Positions 16,564 to 25,644 of a DNA stretch of 43,235 nucleotides are shown in pieces. The stretch lies in NCBI GenBank assembly GCA_003219355.1, contig QHOQ01000062.1:624-43858 (forward strand), written 5' to 3'. Under the pieces are notes generated by a model that worked only from the letters and a program-made list of their open reading frames with translations, was not told where the DNA came from and searched no databases. Source of the DNA: Verrucomicrobiota bacterium. Its GTDB lineage: Bacteria; Verrucomicrobiota; Verrucomicrobiia; Chthoniobacterales; UBA10450. The stretch's first letter is position 1, and each line of letters opens with the position of its first letter. A program made the translations under genes and the position numbers.

Positions 16564-16824
16564 ACAAAAAATGGCGTTTCACCTTCGCAATTGCATCCGA
16601 TCGATCACATTGCCGCAGTAGATTGCCCAGTCGTTATCATGAGCGGCGAGAAAGATCGCAACACCAGACCGGCGGACACGCAAATCTTGTTTGAGCATGC
16701 GCGACCTTCCAAACAACTCTGGTTCGTGCCGAACGCTGGACATGTCGATCTTCACCGGGGCGCGCCGGAAGAATATGAAACCCGAGTGTTGGCATTTCTC
16801 GCGGAGATGGCAGAATCTCGATGA
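16564..16824 (+). pseudogene. 3' remnant of an alpha/beta hydrolase gene
   Basis: Only the C-terminal ~85 codons are open (CPVVIMSGEKDRNTRP...VPNAGHVDLH...VLAFLAEM, i.e. the catalytic Asp/His region). An in-frame TGA at 16561 abuts the DUF488 start. The fragment's stop is 1 nt from the bcp ATG. Confidence 0.6.
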
Positions 16825-16825
16825 A

Positions 16826-17359
16826 ATGAAAAAGATATTCTTACCCGGAATTGTTGGACTGATTACATTGGCAATGATGCAAGCAGCTGAGACGCAAAAG
16901 CAACCTGCCGCCGGAACGCCGGCGCCAGATTTCAGTCTGACGACCAGCGATGGCAGCCAGATCAGTCTGAAAGATTATCGCGGCAAATGGGTGGTGCTCT
17001 ATTTTTATCCGAAGGATTTCACGAGCGGTTGCACGATGGAGGCGAGGAATTTCCAGCGCGACCTCGCGAAGTTCGAGCAGGCGGACGCGGTCGTCCTCGG
17101 TGTGAGCGTGGACACGGCGCAATCGCACAAGGATTTTTGCGCAAAAGAAGGACTCAATTTTAAATTGCTGGCCGATCCCGACGCGAAAGTCTCGACCGAA
17201 TATGGATCGGTCATGGATTACAAAGGAGCAACGCTCGCGGCGCGCAATACTTTCATCGTTAATCCAAAAGGCGAGATCGCCAAGGTGTACATCGGCGTGA
17301 AACCGGCCGACCACAGCGAGCAAGTGCTTAAAGATTTAGCCGAGTTAAAGAAGAGTTAA
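16826..17359 (+). CDS. bcp: thiol peroxidase / peroxiredoxin (Bcp, AhpC/TSA family) with signal peptide
   Basis: APDFSL...LKDYRGKWVVLYFYPKDFTSGCTMEARNF...GVSVD. N-terminal hydrophobic leader MKKIFLPGIVGLITLAMMQA. Confidence 0.85.
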   Translation: MKKIFLPGIVGLITLAMMQAAETQKQPAAGTPAPDFSLTTSDGSQISLKDYRGKWVVLYFYPKDFTSGCTMEARNFQRDLAKFEQADAVVLGVSVDTAQSHKDFCAKEGLNFKLLADPDAKVSTEYGSVMDYKGATLAARNTFIVNPKGEIAKVYIGVKPADHSEQVLKDLAELKKS

Positions 17360-17375
17360 TCAAATGGAGGTCACA

Positions 17376-17567
17376 ATGGCAGGTCAAAGAAAATCGATTG
17401 ATTGCAGGGATTACCCGAGCGAGAAAAATTGCTCGCTGAAAATGTCCGGCACGGAAGAAGAAGTGCTCGACGCCGCGGTGCAGCATGCTGTTTCGGCGCA
17501 TGGGCATGCGAACAGCCCGGAGCTTCGCAATCAGATCAAGTCGATGCTCAAAGACGAAGCCGCTTGA
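17376..17567 (+). CDS. DUF1059 small metal-binding protein
   Basis: SIDCRDYPSEKNCSLKMSGTEEEVLDAAVQHAVSAHGH. A GGAGG Shine-Dalgarno lies 5 nt upstream of ATG 17376. Confidence 0.7.
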   Translation: MAGQRKSIDCRDYPSEKNCSLKMSGTEEEVLDAAVQHAVSAHGHANSPELRNQIKSMLKDEAA

Positions 17568-17690
17568 GCTTCCTGAAAGTTTTGGGAGAACTGCGGGTGG
17601 CGCCAGCCGCCCTGGCAGCGGAAGCTTGTTGCTCGTGTCTTCTGTCTCCAGTCAATAAATCCGTTCCGTTAGCTGGAGAATGGTAAGTCC

Positions 17691-18524
17691 ATGCGCAAGA
17701 CGCGCATCGTGCTCGCAATTGTTGCTGCGTATCTCATTTTGATTCTCTTCGGTCATCTGCCCGATCATTTAATTCTCTTTCCGACGAAGGCACCGATCGA
17801 TGCTGGCGAGGCGGCCCGCAAAATGGTTCCGTTTCAGAATGGCGAATTGGAAGTTTGGACGGCAAAGTCGCATCGAGCGAAGCAACAGGTCGACGCGGAC
17901 ATTTACGTTTTGCGGTTCTACGGCAACGCTGATCGCGCGGACCGCTGGGTCGCAGCCGAGGCGGAAGAATGGAATGGGCGAGCTGTCGAGATTTGGGGAA
18001 TGAATTATCCTGGATTTGGTAGGAGCACCGGACCGGCGCGGCTTTCCCGGATCGCACCGGCAGCAGTCACCGCGTTTGATGAACTCAAACGCCACGCAGC
18101 TGGACGACCAATTATGCTCTACGGAGCGAGCCTGGGCAGCGCGGCTGCGCTCCATGTTGCCCGGCAACGGCCTGTCGCCGGATTGATTTTACATAATCCT
18201 TTGCCGCTGCGCCAAATGATCTTGCGCCGGTTTGGGTGGTGGAATCTCTGGCTGTTTGCGGGTCCTATCGCATTGCAGATTCCGCGAGATCTCGACAGCA
18301 TTTCGAATGCGACGGCAATTCAGATACCGGCAATCTTTCTTCTCGCGGAAAAAGATGAAATAGTTCCGCCTCGCTATCACCGGCTCGTGGTTGACGCATA
18401 CGCCGGACAAAAGCGTGTTGTCACGCTCCGCGACGCCTATCACAACACGCCAGTAGAAGGCGCGGGATTGGCCGATTTGGACCGAGCCCTTGATTGGCTG
18501 TTGCCCCGAAGGGCAAGCCACTGA
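17691..18524 (+). CDS. alpha/beta hydrolase with N-terminal membrane anchor
   Basis: N-terminal TM segment, nucleophile elbow YGASLGS, and a C-terminal LLAEKDEIVP...AYHN region carrying the Asp/His. Confidence 0.8.
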   Translation: MRKTRIVLAIVAAYLILILFGHLPDHLILFPTKAPIDAGEAARKMVPFQNGELEVWTAKSHRAKQQVDADIYVLRFYGNADRADRWVAAEAEEWNGRAVEIWGMNYPGFGRSTGPARLSRIAPAAVTAFDELKRHAAGRPIMLYGASLGSAAALHVARQRPVAGLILHNPLPLRQMILRRFGWWNLWLFAGPIALQIPRDLDSISNATAIQIPAIFLLAEKDEIVPPRYHRLVVDAYAGQKRVVTLRDAYHNTPVEGAGLADLDRALDWLLPRRASH

Positions 18525-18707
18525 AGGACGACGTCGATTGACGAAGTTCTATCCCGGAGGGGAGGAAACGCGCTGTCGACCGAAACAAATCGTCGGCCGA
18601 CGCCGTGCTCTGCGAGTCACCCGACCTTCATCGTGGTTCGATGCGATACTAATTGTGTCCCGATGTTGGCGTGGCGCGTTGAGGTCTATTGAGAGGAGGA
18701 AATTCAT

Positions 18708-19171
18708 TTGGATAACAAATTAACAGTCGGCGAACAAAAGGTGTCGAAGGCGAACAAACAGGAGTTGGTGGAGCTGCTTAACGGCGATCTGTCTCGAGAG
18801 TACCAGGCGATCATTGCATATATCCAGTATGCCGCGTCGGTGACAGGACCGTATCGCGAGGAGCTCAAACAATTTTTCCTCGGCGAAGTCCCCGAAGAAC
18901 GGAGTACGCCAAATATCTGGCTGACAAGATCGCAGCGTTCGGTGGAGTGCCATCTGTGACGCCCGAAGCTGTGCCGCAGGAAACCGACGCGCGTAAGATG
19001 CTGGAGAACATTCTGGAAGCGGAGCGAACGGCCCGCGACGATTATTCGGCGCGGGCAGCCCAAGCCGACGAATTGGGTGAGGTTGGTCTGTCGAATCATC
19101 TCGAGGACATGGCCGATGATGAATCGCGTCATCACGACGAAACCCTGAAAATATTGCAAGGCTGGAGCTGA
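18708..19171 (+). pseudogene. ferritin-like (bacterioferritin/Dps-like four-helix bundle) gene with a 1-nt frameshift near 18900
   Basis: TTG start with a strong GGAGGA Shine-Dalgarno. Frame A reads ...REYQAIIAYIQYAA...FFLGEVPEE. The homology continues in frame -1 as EYAKYLADKIAAFGGVPSVTPE...ENILEAERTARDDY...DMADDESRHHDE. Confidence 0.7.
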
Positions 19172-19228
19172 AGGCCGGCCCAGGCAAACCCGCGTTCTCG
19201 GGGAGAATCGGCAAGCGCTAGGCGATCG

Positions 19229-20275
19229 TTACCGTGGCGATCCTGCGAGACCTTGGATTACTTTCTCTACGCCGCTGACGACTAGGGCAAAACGCGTATA
19301 ATCGAGCTTCTCCGGAGTATCAGTAACGGAATGATAATCGGGATAGCGGAATGGCGCTGTGTCGGTAATCATGATGCCCGGATAACCGTGTTGCCAAAAT
19401 GACCATTGATCCGACCACGCGACGCCGGGAATAAACGACGGGAGAGCCGCACCCTCGGAGGGAAGTTTTCCCTGTTGACGAAAAAGCGCGATTGCGCGCC
19501 GCAGTAAGGCGCGTGAATGCAAGTTGGCGACAAATCCAATGAAGTTACCCGTCCGGGGATAAAATGCGCCAATTGCTGGAATCGGATAAGTTTGCGATCG
19601 CGGCGCGTCCGAAAAATACCCGATCGTTTCCAAACTGATCATGGCGGAAATTTGATCGCCGCGAGCTTTGCAACGTCCGGCGTAAACAAAGCTGCCCATT
19701 TGCGATGTTTGGAAATAGGGCGGCTCTTCGTTCACAAAGGCGACGAAGCGTAATGTCTGGTCTGCGGGCTTGCCGGCAAAACGGCGTGCTAAGGCGAGCA
19801 TCGCGGCGACTCCACTGCCGTTATCATTTGCGCCCGGCGAGCCGAATACCGAATCATAATGCGCGGCGACCAGCAAAATCTCCGGACGCGCACCGCGAAT
19901 TTCCGCCTCTATGTTGTGACAGGCCCGTCCGTCGAGCTCATAAGTGTCACGTCGCGACCGCAGACCGCTGCGCGAAAAAGAATTCTCGATGAAATCGGCG
20001 GCGGCATTCAGTTGCGGATAGCGCGCCATGTTTCGTTCGCCGATTTCGACAGCGAGCGTGTGCACATCGGCGCGCAGCTCATCACGCAGCCTGATTTCCA
20101 CAGGCGAAAGCGGCACTGAGCGTGAAATATTTTTTTCCGGCATTCGGAGCAAGAAACACCATGTTGCGCTCCCAACAATGGCGAACGAACCAATCAGCAC
20201 GAGCAAGCGACGCCACGAACCGATCAACTTCACTTTACTGGCGCTTTGCGCTTTGGTCTCCAGTTCCGCGAACAA
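19229..20275 (-). CDS. M28 family metallopeptidase, membrane-anchored
   Basis: N-terminal TM segment. Motifs AAHYDSV, GANDNGSGVAAMLALA, FVNEEPPYF and a late H (DYHSVTD). TTG start. Confidence 0.85.
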   Translation of the reverse strand: MFAELETKAQSASKVKLIGSWRRLLVLIGSFAIVGSATWCFLLRMPEKNISRSVPLSPVEIRLRDELRADVHTLAVEIGERNMARYPQLNAAADFIENSFSRSGLRSRRDTYELDGRACHNIEAEIRGARPEILLVAAHYDSVFGSPGANDNGSGVAAMLALARRFAGKPADQTLRFVAFVNEEPPYFQTSQMGSFVYAGRCKARGDQISAMISLETIGYFSDAPRSQTYPIPAIGAFYPRTGNFIGFVANLHSRALLRRAIALFRQQGKLPSEGAALPSFIPGVAWSDQWSFWQHGYPGIMITDTAPFRYPDYHSVTDTPEKLDYTRFALVVSGVEKVIQGLAGSPR

Positions 20276-20458
20276 TCATCTGCCCGACGACGCCCCCATG
20301 CCGCAATGGTTTTGCAACGACATAAAATGGCTCAAGACGGAACGTTCATGATCGACAGCGCCGATGAATTCCCAAATTTTTTAACGATTAACAAGCGCTG
20401 GGCAAAGCGCGTATCATCCTGACCAAAGACGGAATATGCGGTCGAGTCTAAAAAACAA

Positions 20459-23400
20459 ATGGAACCTCTGGTCCTCCTTCTCATCGGCTTTCTGATCTTA
20501 ATCGTAGCGCTCCCGTTCGTCGCGATTGCCAGGGCGAACGCGACAAAGCGCAGCGTTGACGACTTGCTGGCGCGACTCTCATCCGTTGAAGACGACCTGC
20601 GCACCTTGCGGCAAAGCCCTTCTGCCGCAAAACCAAAAGCGCCCGTGTCGACGTCGCCAATTCCGAACGTTAACGACGTCCTGCCACCGCTGCCGGTTAT
20701 TGCACCGGCTGCTATTCCCGAAATGCCGAAAGAGTCACAACCGCCGCCAATTCCACAAGAACTCCTCGAGGCAAAAGCACCACCCATACTCGCGATCCCA
20801 GCTAGACCATCGATCGATTGGGAGCAATTCATGGGCGCAAAACTCTTCGCGTGGATCGGCGGTCTGGCGCTTTTCCTTGGCGTGGGCTTTTTCGTGAAGT
20901 ATTCGTTCGAGCACAATCTCATTCCACCGGAGCTGCGCGTCGCGATCGGGTTCGTTGTCGGCGTGAGCCTTCTCGTTGGTGGTGTGCTGCTCAGGCGCAA
21001 GGAAAATGCGGTCACCGCGCAAACGCTGTGCGCTACTGGCGTGCTTGTGCTCTACACGGTGACGTTTGCCTGCCGTTCGTATTATCACTTCGCGTTCTTT
21101 GGTCTTATCCCAACGTTTTTGCTTATGACGTTGATTACCGCAGTCGCGTTTATACTCGCGGTGCGGCTTAATGCGATCGTGGTCGCCGTTCTCGGCATAG
21201 CCGGCGGGTTTCTCACGCCGGTGCTGCTCTCCACGGGGCAGGATCTTCCCCTCGGACTTTTCGTTTACATCGCGTTGCTCGACATCGGTCTCCTTGCGGT
21301 CGCGCAACGGCAACGGTGGAATGCCCTGCCGATTCTGGGCGCTGCTGGAACTGCGCTGATGCAGATCGGCTGGATCGGAACATTCTTCGTTCCCGAGAAA
21401 TATTTCGACGGCAACAAAGTGCTCGTTGTCATGGCCGTTTTCGCCGGATTCCAAGCCATGTTTCTCGGGGCGGTGACTTGGGCGAAGGGCGCTGGAAAAA
21501 TGAACCGCGAGCTTTCGGGGTCTGCGCTTGGGCTCGCCGCGGTCGCCTTGCTCTCAGCGTTTTACTTGCTGTCGTTTCAAACACTCGGGCAGCGACCAGC
21601 GCTCTTGTTCAGTTATATCTTTCTTGTCGATCTTGGCCTGCTCGCGCTCACTCTGCTCGACGCCAAACTTGTTGTCGTCGAAGCGTTCGCGGGCCTTGCG
21701 GCGTTCATCTTTCTCGGCGCGTGGACCACGACCTATCTGACCGGCCAGCATCTTTATACGGCGCTAGCGTTCTATTTTGTCTTCGCGCTATTTCATGCCG
21801 CGACGCCGCTTGCGCTACAACGTCTGCGCAACATCCCACGACCGTGGTGGTGCCACGCATTCCCAGCACTCGCGCTCATCCTTGTGTTAATGCCGATCTT
21901 CGAGCTGACTGAGCTTTCGATTCTCGTCTGGCCGTTTGTGCTAATTGTCGATCTTCTCGCCGTCGTTCTCGCCGTAACGACGGCGACCCTCTTGCCGATA
22001 CTCGCCGTGCTCCTGCTCACGCTGCTTGCAATGAGCGCGTGGTTGTTCCGCATTCCGAGCGAACTGACCGGCTTGCCGACGGCGCTGTTTCTGCTCGGCG
22101 GTTTCGCGATTTTCTTTCTCGCTGCAGCGGCATGGGCTTGCCGTCGATTGTTGGCCGCGCCGGGCGCCCAAGCGCGCACGCCGAGTCTTTTCGGTAACGT
22201 CGCCGACCCGGCGAATCTCTCTGTTCAACTTCCTGCCTTGTCGGCCACGCTGCCGTTTCTTCTTCTCATTATGGTCACCCTGCGGCTTCCGCTCGAGAAT
22301 CCGTCGGCAGTGTTTGGTCTCGCGCTGTTACTAATCGTCCTGCTTCTCGGGATGACAGAAATTTTCTCGTTCTACGTATTGCCTGTCGTAGGACTGGTTT
22401 CGGTCCTCGCGCTGGAACACGCGTGGCACTTTCAGCATTTTAATCCGGCTCGCGCTACGCTCCCGCTGACTTGGTATCTAGTATTTTACGCGGTGTTCAG
22501 CGTGTTTCCGTTTATTTCTCATCGGAGATTCGCGGGAAAAACAACTCCGTGGGCGACAGCGGCGCTCGCTGGACCGTTGCACTTTTATCTGGTTTATCAG
22601 CTCATTCGCGCTGCGCATCCGAACAGCGTTTTCGGTCTGGTGCCCGCGGCATTTGCGCTGCCGTCGCTCGCCGGACTTTTCATCCTAGTCAAACGCACAC
22701 CGCTCGATAGCCCGGCGCGCAATGCGCAGCTCGCGCTCTTCGGCGGCGCCGCGCTATTTTTTATCACGCTGATTTTCCCGATCCAATTCGAGCGTCAATG
22801 GATCACTGTCGGCTGGGCGCTGGAAGGCGCAGCGCTTTGCTGGCTCTTTCATCGGGTACCGCATCCGGGATTGCGTCTCGCTGGCGTCGGCTTGCTCGTT
22901 GCGGTGTTTGCGCGCCTCGCGCTCAACCCGGCCGTGCTCAACTATCATCCGCGGGCGGCGGCGCCGATTTTCAACTGGTATCTCTACACCTATGGTATCG
23001 CCGCTGTTTGTCTTTTCGCCGGCGCGCGATTACTCGCGCCGCCACGCCAACTCGTCCTCGGTCGCAACTCCTTGCCGTTGCTTTACACATTGGGCACGGT
23101 GCTGGCTTTCCTGCTCGTGAACATCGAGATCGCCGATTACTTCAGCGCGCCCGGCGCAGCCGCGTTGACCTTTCAATTCTCGGGAAATTTCGGGCGCGAC
23201 ATGAGTTACAGCATCGCGTGGGGATTGTTTGCGTTGCTGCTGCTCATTGTCGGCATGCGGAAGAAAAGCGCACCTGTCCGATATGCGAGTCTCGGATTGC
23301 TCGGCGTTACCGTGCTAAAACTTTTCTTTCACGACCTTTCGCAGCTCGACCAACTTTACCGCATCGGCGCATTCATCGCCGTGGCTGTAATCGCCATCCT

Positions 23401-23482
23401 CGCATCGTTTCTGTATCAGCGGTTCCTCGCTGCTGTGGAGAAAAACAACGAGGCCAAATTCACGATTCCACCGACACCGTAA
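20459..23482 (+). CDS. DUF2339 family giant polytopic membrane protein
   Basis: N-terminal TM segment, then a coiled coil (LLARLSSVEDDLRTL), a Pro-rich linker, WEQFMGAKLFAWIGGLALFLGVGFFVKY, more than 20 TM segments, and the C-terminal motif LKLFFHDLSQLDQLYRIGAFI..LASFLYQRF. Confidence 0.8.
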   Translation: MEPLVLLLIGFLILIVALPFVAIARANATKRSVDDLLARLSSVEDDLRTLRQSPSAAKPKAPVSTSPIPNVNDVLPPLPVIAPAAIPEMPKESQPPPIPQELLEAKAPPILAIPARPSIDWEQFMGAKLFAWIGGLALFLGVGFFVKYSFEHNLIPPELRVAIGFVVGVSLLVGGVLLRRKENAVTAQTLCATGVLVLYTVTFACRSYYHFAFFGLIPTFLLMTLITAVAFILAVRLNAIVVAVLGIAGGFLTPVLLSTGQDLPLGLFVYIALLDIGLLAVAQRQRWNALPILGAAGTALMQIGWIGTFFVPEKYFDGNKVLVVMAVFAGFQAMFLGAVTWAKGAGKMNRELSGSALGLAAVALLSAFYLLSFQTLGQRPALLFSYIFLVDLGLLALTLLDAKLVVVEAFAGLAAFIFLGAWTTTYLTGQHLYTALAFYFVFALFHAATPLALQRLRNIPRPWWCHAFPALALILVLMPIFELTELSILVWPFVLIVDLLAVVLAVTTATLLPILAVLLLTLLAMSAWLFRIPSELTGLPTALFLLGGFAIFFLAAAAWACRRLLAAPGAQARTPSLFGNVADPANLSVQLPALSATLPFLLLIMVTLRLPLENPSAVFGLALLLIVLLLGMTEIFSFYVLPVVGLVSVLALEHAWHFQHFNPARATLPLTWYLVFYAVFSVFPFISHRRFAGKTTPWATAALAGPLHFYLVYQLIRAAHPNSVFGLVPAAFALPSLAGLFILVKRTPLDSPARNAQLALFGGAALFFITLIFPIQFERQWITVGWALEGAALCWLFHRVPHPGLRLAGVGLLVAVFARLALNPAVLNYHPRAAAPIFNWYLYTYGIAAVCLFAGARLLAPPRQLVLGRNSLPLLYTLGTVLAFLLVNIEIADYFSAPGAAALTFQFSGNFGRDMSYSIAWGLFALLLLIVGMRKKSAPVRYASLGLLGVTVLKLFFHDLSQLDQLYRIGAFIAVAVIAILASFLYQRFLAAVEKNNEAKFTIPPTP

Positions 23483-23514
23483 ACTCTGCAGCCTGGCAGC
23501 GTGAGTTATGTTGA

Positions 23515-24642
23515 TTAGCCGATCTTCTTCCGAAATCGCAGAGCGCAGAGAGCGAAGAGCAGGATCGACATCCCGATAAGAATTGCGAGGTGCGGCCAGT
23601 ATTCGAAGAAGTTCGCGCCCCGCAGAATGATCGCGCGCATAAGCGAGATGAAATAGGTAGTTGGGAAGAGCGCGCCAAGCGCGTAAAAAATCCATGGCAT
23701 GGTCTCCCGTGGAAAAATAAAACCGGAGAAAAAAACACTCGGCAATAGGAATACCATCGACATCTGCAGCGCTTGCATTTGGTTCTCGGCTTTGGTTCCG
23801 ACGAGCAGGCCGAGACTAAGCAGTGCGAAGACATAAACGAGGGCCGAAAACAACATTGCCACAACATTTCCCGCAATTGGCACATTGAAGACAAAGCGCA
23901 TAATGACGAACAGCAAGACCGCCATGGCCATGCCGATGCACAGGTACGGGACGATTTTGCCGAGCATGAGCCCCGCCCGGCTCAATGGACTAACGAGTAA
24001 TTGCTCGAGGGTTCCGCGTTCGCGCTCGCGGACGAGGGCCATGGCCGTGGCAACGGTCGTGCCGATTTGCAAAACAACCCCGATCACGCCCGGAACGTAG
24101 AAGTTTGGACTGCGCATCGCCGGGTTGTAAAGCATTTGCGGCCGGATTTCGACGGGAACCCCGTGTCGGCCTGTTTCGCGTAACAGCGATTCAACCGATT
24201 GCGTCAGCGCTATCCCCAAGCCGGTGTTGAGCGCTTGCAACGCCGTCGTCGAGTTCGATCCATCGACCAGCAACTGCACTTGGGCCGGATTGCCGGCGCG
24301 CACATCACGCGTGAACGTCGGCGGAATTTGTAGCCCCACGTAAGCGCGACCTTTCCGAATTTCACTCGCTAGCTGGTCCACGCTCTGGACCTCGCCGACG
24401 ACGCGAAATGTTTCCGTGTTCACGAATCGATCGATTAACTGGCGGCTCTCGACAGTGCGATCCTCGTTATAAACGACCATCGCCATATGCTTCACGTCGG
24501 TGTCGAGTGCGTAGCCGAACGCGATCATCTCGATCAAGGGCGGAAAAAACATGAAGAAAAGCGTCATCGGGTCGCGCCAGACCACGATGAATTCTTTAAA
24601 GAGAATTGCGCCAAGTCCGCGAAAAAGTTTGTGTTTCATCAC
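23515..24642 (-). CDS. ABC-2 type transporter permease
   Basis: N-terminal TM segment, a large periplasmic loop, then 5 TM segments. Typical YhhJ/YbhR-like layout. It overlaps the ATPase gene by 4 nt. Confidence 0.85.
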   Translation of the reverse strand: MMKHKLFRGLGAILFKEFIVVWRDPMTLFFMFFPPLIEMIAFGYALDTDVKHMAMVVYNEDRTVESRQLIDRFVNTETFRVVGEVQSVDQLASEIRKGRAYVGLQIPPTFTRDVRAGNPAQVQLLVDGSNSTTALQALNTGLGIALTQSVESLLRETGRHGVPVEIRPQMLYNPAMRSPNFYVPGVIGVVLQIGTTVATAMALVRERERGTLEQLLVSPLSRAGLMLGKIVPYLCIGMAMAVLLFVIMRFVFNVPIAGNVVAMLFSALVYVFALLSLGLLVGTKAENQMQALQMSMVFLLPSVFFSGFIFPRETMPWIFYALGALFPTTYFISLMRAIILRGANFFEYWPHLAILIGMSILLFALCALRFRKKIG

Positions 24643-25598
24643 GCTGCCTTTTGTTGTTCCGCGGCGTGTTTCGCCGAGAGCTCGACAAACACGTCTTCGA
24701 GGGACGGCCCTATCTCGTGAATTTCCGCATGGCCGATGCCGGCGCTGCGAAGTTTTTCGTCGATCTGGGCGCGCTTGACGCTTTCATCGACAAGCAAATG
24801 CATCGATTGACCAAACACCGTCGCGCTGCGCACGCCCCGAAGTTGATGCACCGCTTGGAGGGCCGTCGTCACGTGATCGCAGGTCACATCAAGCCGCCGC
24901 GTCCCCGGCGGATTTACATCGGACATTTGCTTCAATTCGTCAGGCTCGCCGCACACGATAAGCTTGGACATGTAAATGTAGCCGACGTGATCACAGCGTT
25001 CCGCTTCGTCCATGTAATGCGTCGTCACAAAAAGGGTCATGCCTCCGGCTGCGAATTCGAAGAGCAAATCCCAGAGCTCGCGCCGCGCGACTGGGTCGAT
25101 TCCGGCGGTTGGTTCATCGAGAAAAAGCACCGTTGGTTTGTGCATGAGCGAACACGCCATGGCCAAACGCTGGCGCCAACCACCGGAAAGCTGCGACGCA
25201 CGCCGGTCGATGAACGGTTGGAGATGCGTCGTCTCGATCATTTCGTCGCGACGCTGCTTCAATTCTTTATCACGCAGACCGTAAAGTTTGCCGGAGAAAA
25301 TAAGGTTCTCGTTTACAGTCAGCTCATCGTAGAGCGAGAATTGCTGCGACATGTAGCCGATCATTTCCTTGATCGGCTCCATCTCTCCGACGATGTCGTG
25401 GCCGGCGATCTTGGCGGTTCCGTCGCTCGGCTCCAGAATTCCACACAGCATCCGGATGACCGTGGATTTGCCGGAGCCATTCGGCCCGAGAAAGCCAAAG
25501 ATCGATCCTTTCCCGACGGAAAAGGAAACGTGATCGACCGCGGTGAATGTGCCAAAGCGTTTCGTCAACCCCTCACACTGAATCATTGCCTCGCTCAT
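24639..25598 (-). CDS. ABC transporter ATP-binding protein
   Basis: Walker A GPNGSGKST, Q-loop, signature LSGGWRQR, Walker B VLFLDEPTAGID and H-loop TTHYMDE. Confidence 0.95.
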   Translation of the reverse strand: MSEAMIQCEGLTKRFGTFTAVDHVSFSVGKGSIFGFLGPNGSGKSTVIRMLCGILEPSDGTAKIAGHDIVGEMEPIKEMIGYMSQQFSLYDELTVNENLIFSGKLYGLRDKELKQRRDEMIETTHLQPFIDRRASQLSGGWRQRLAMACSLMHKPTVLFLDEPTAGIDPVARRELWDLLFEFAAGGMTLFVTTHYMDEAERCDHVGYIYMSKLIVCGEPDELKQMSDVNPPGTRRLDVTCDHVTTALQAVHQLRGVRSATVFGQSMHLLVDESVKRAQIDEKLRSAGIGHAEIHEIGPSLEDVFVELSAKHAAEQQKAA

Positions 25599-25644
25599 CT
25601 TGTCGTCCTCTGCGAGTTCGTGTTCATTCGTGGTTGAGCTCTTC

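Noticed and set aside
18890-18905. Programmed -1 ribosomal frameshift in the ferritin-like gene.
   Set aside because: There is no X XXY YYZ slippery heptamer at the shift point (CCCGAAGAACGGAG) and no obvious downstream structure. A 1-nt deletion or sequencing error is simpler.
24606-25637. A 343-aa plus-strand ORF antisense to the ABC ATPase gene. Similar long shadow ORFs occur at 193-942 (-), 20332-21015 (-), 18704-19214 (-) and 35163-35612 (-).
   Set aside because: Each fully overlaps a gene with unmistakable family motifs on the other strand. Their products are Arg/Ser/Ala-rich with no recognisable motifs, which is typical of antisense open frames in GC-rich DNA.
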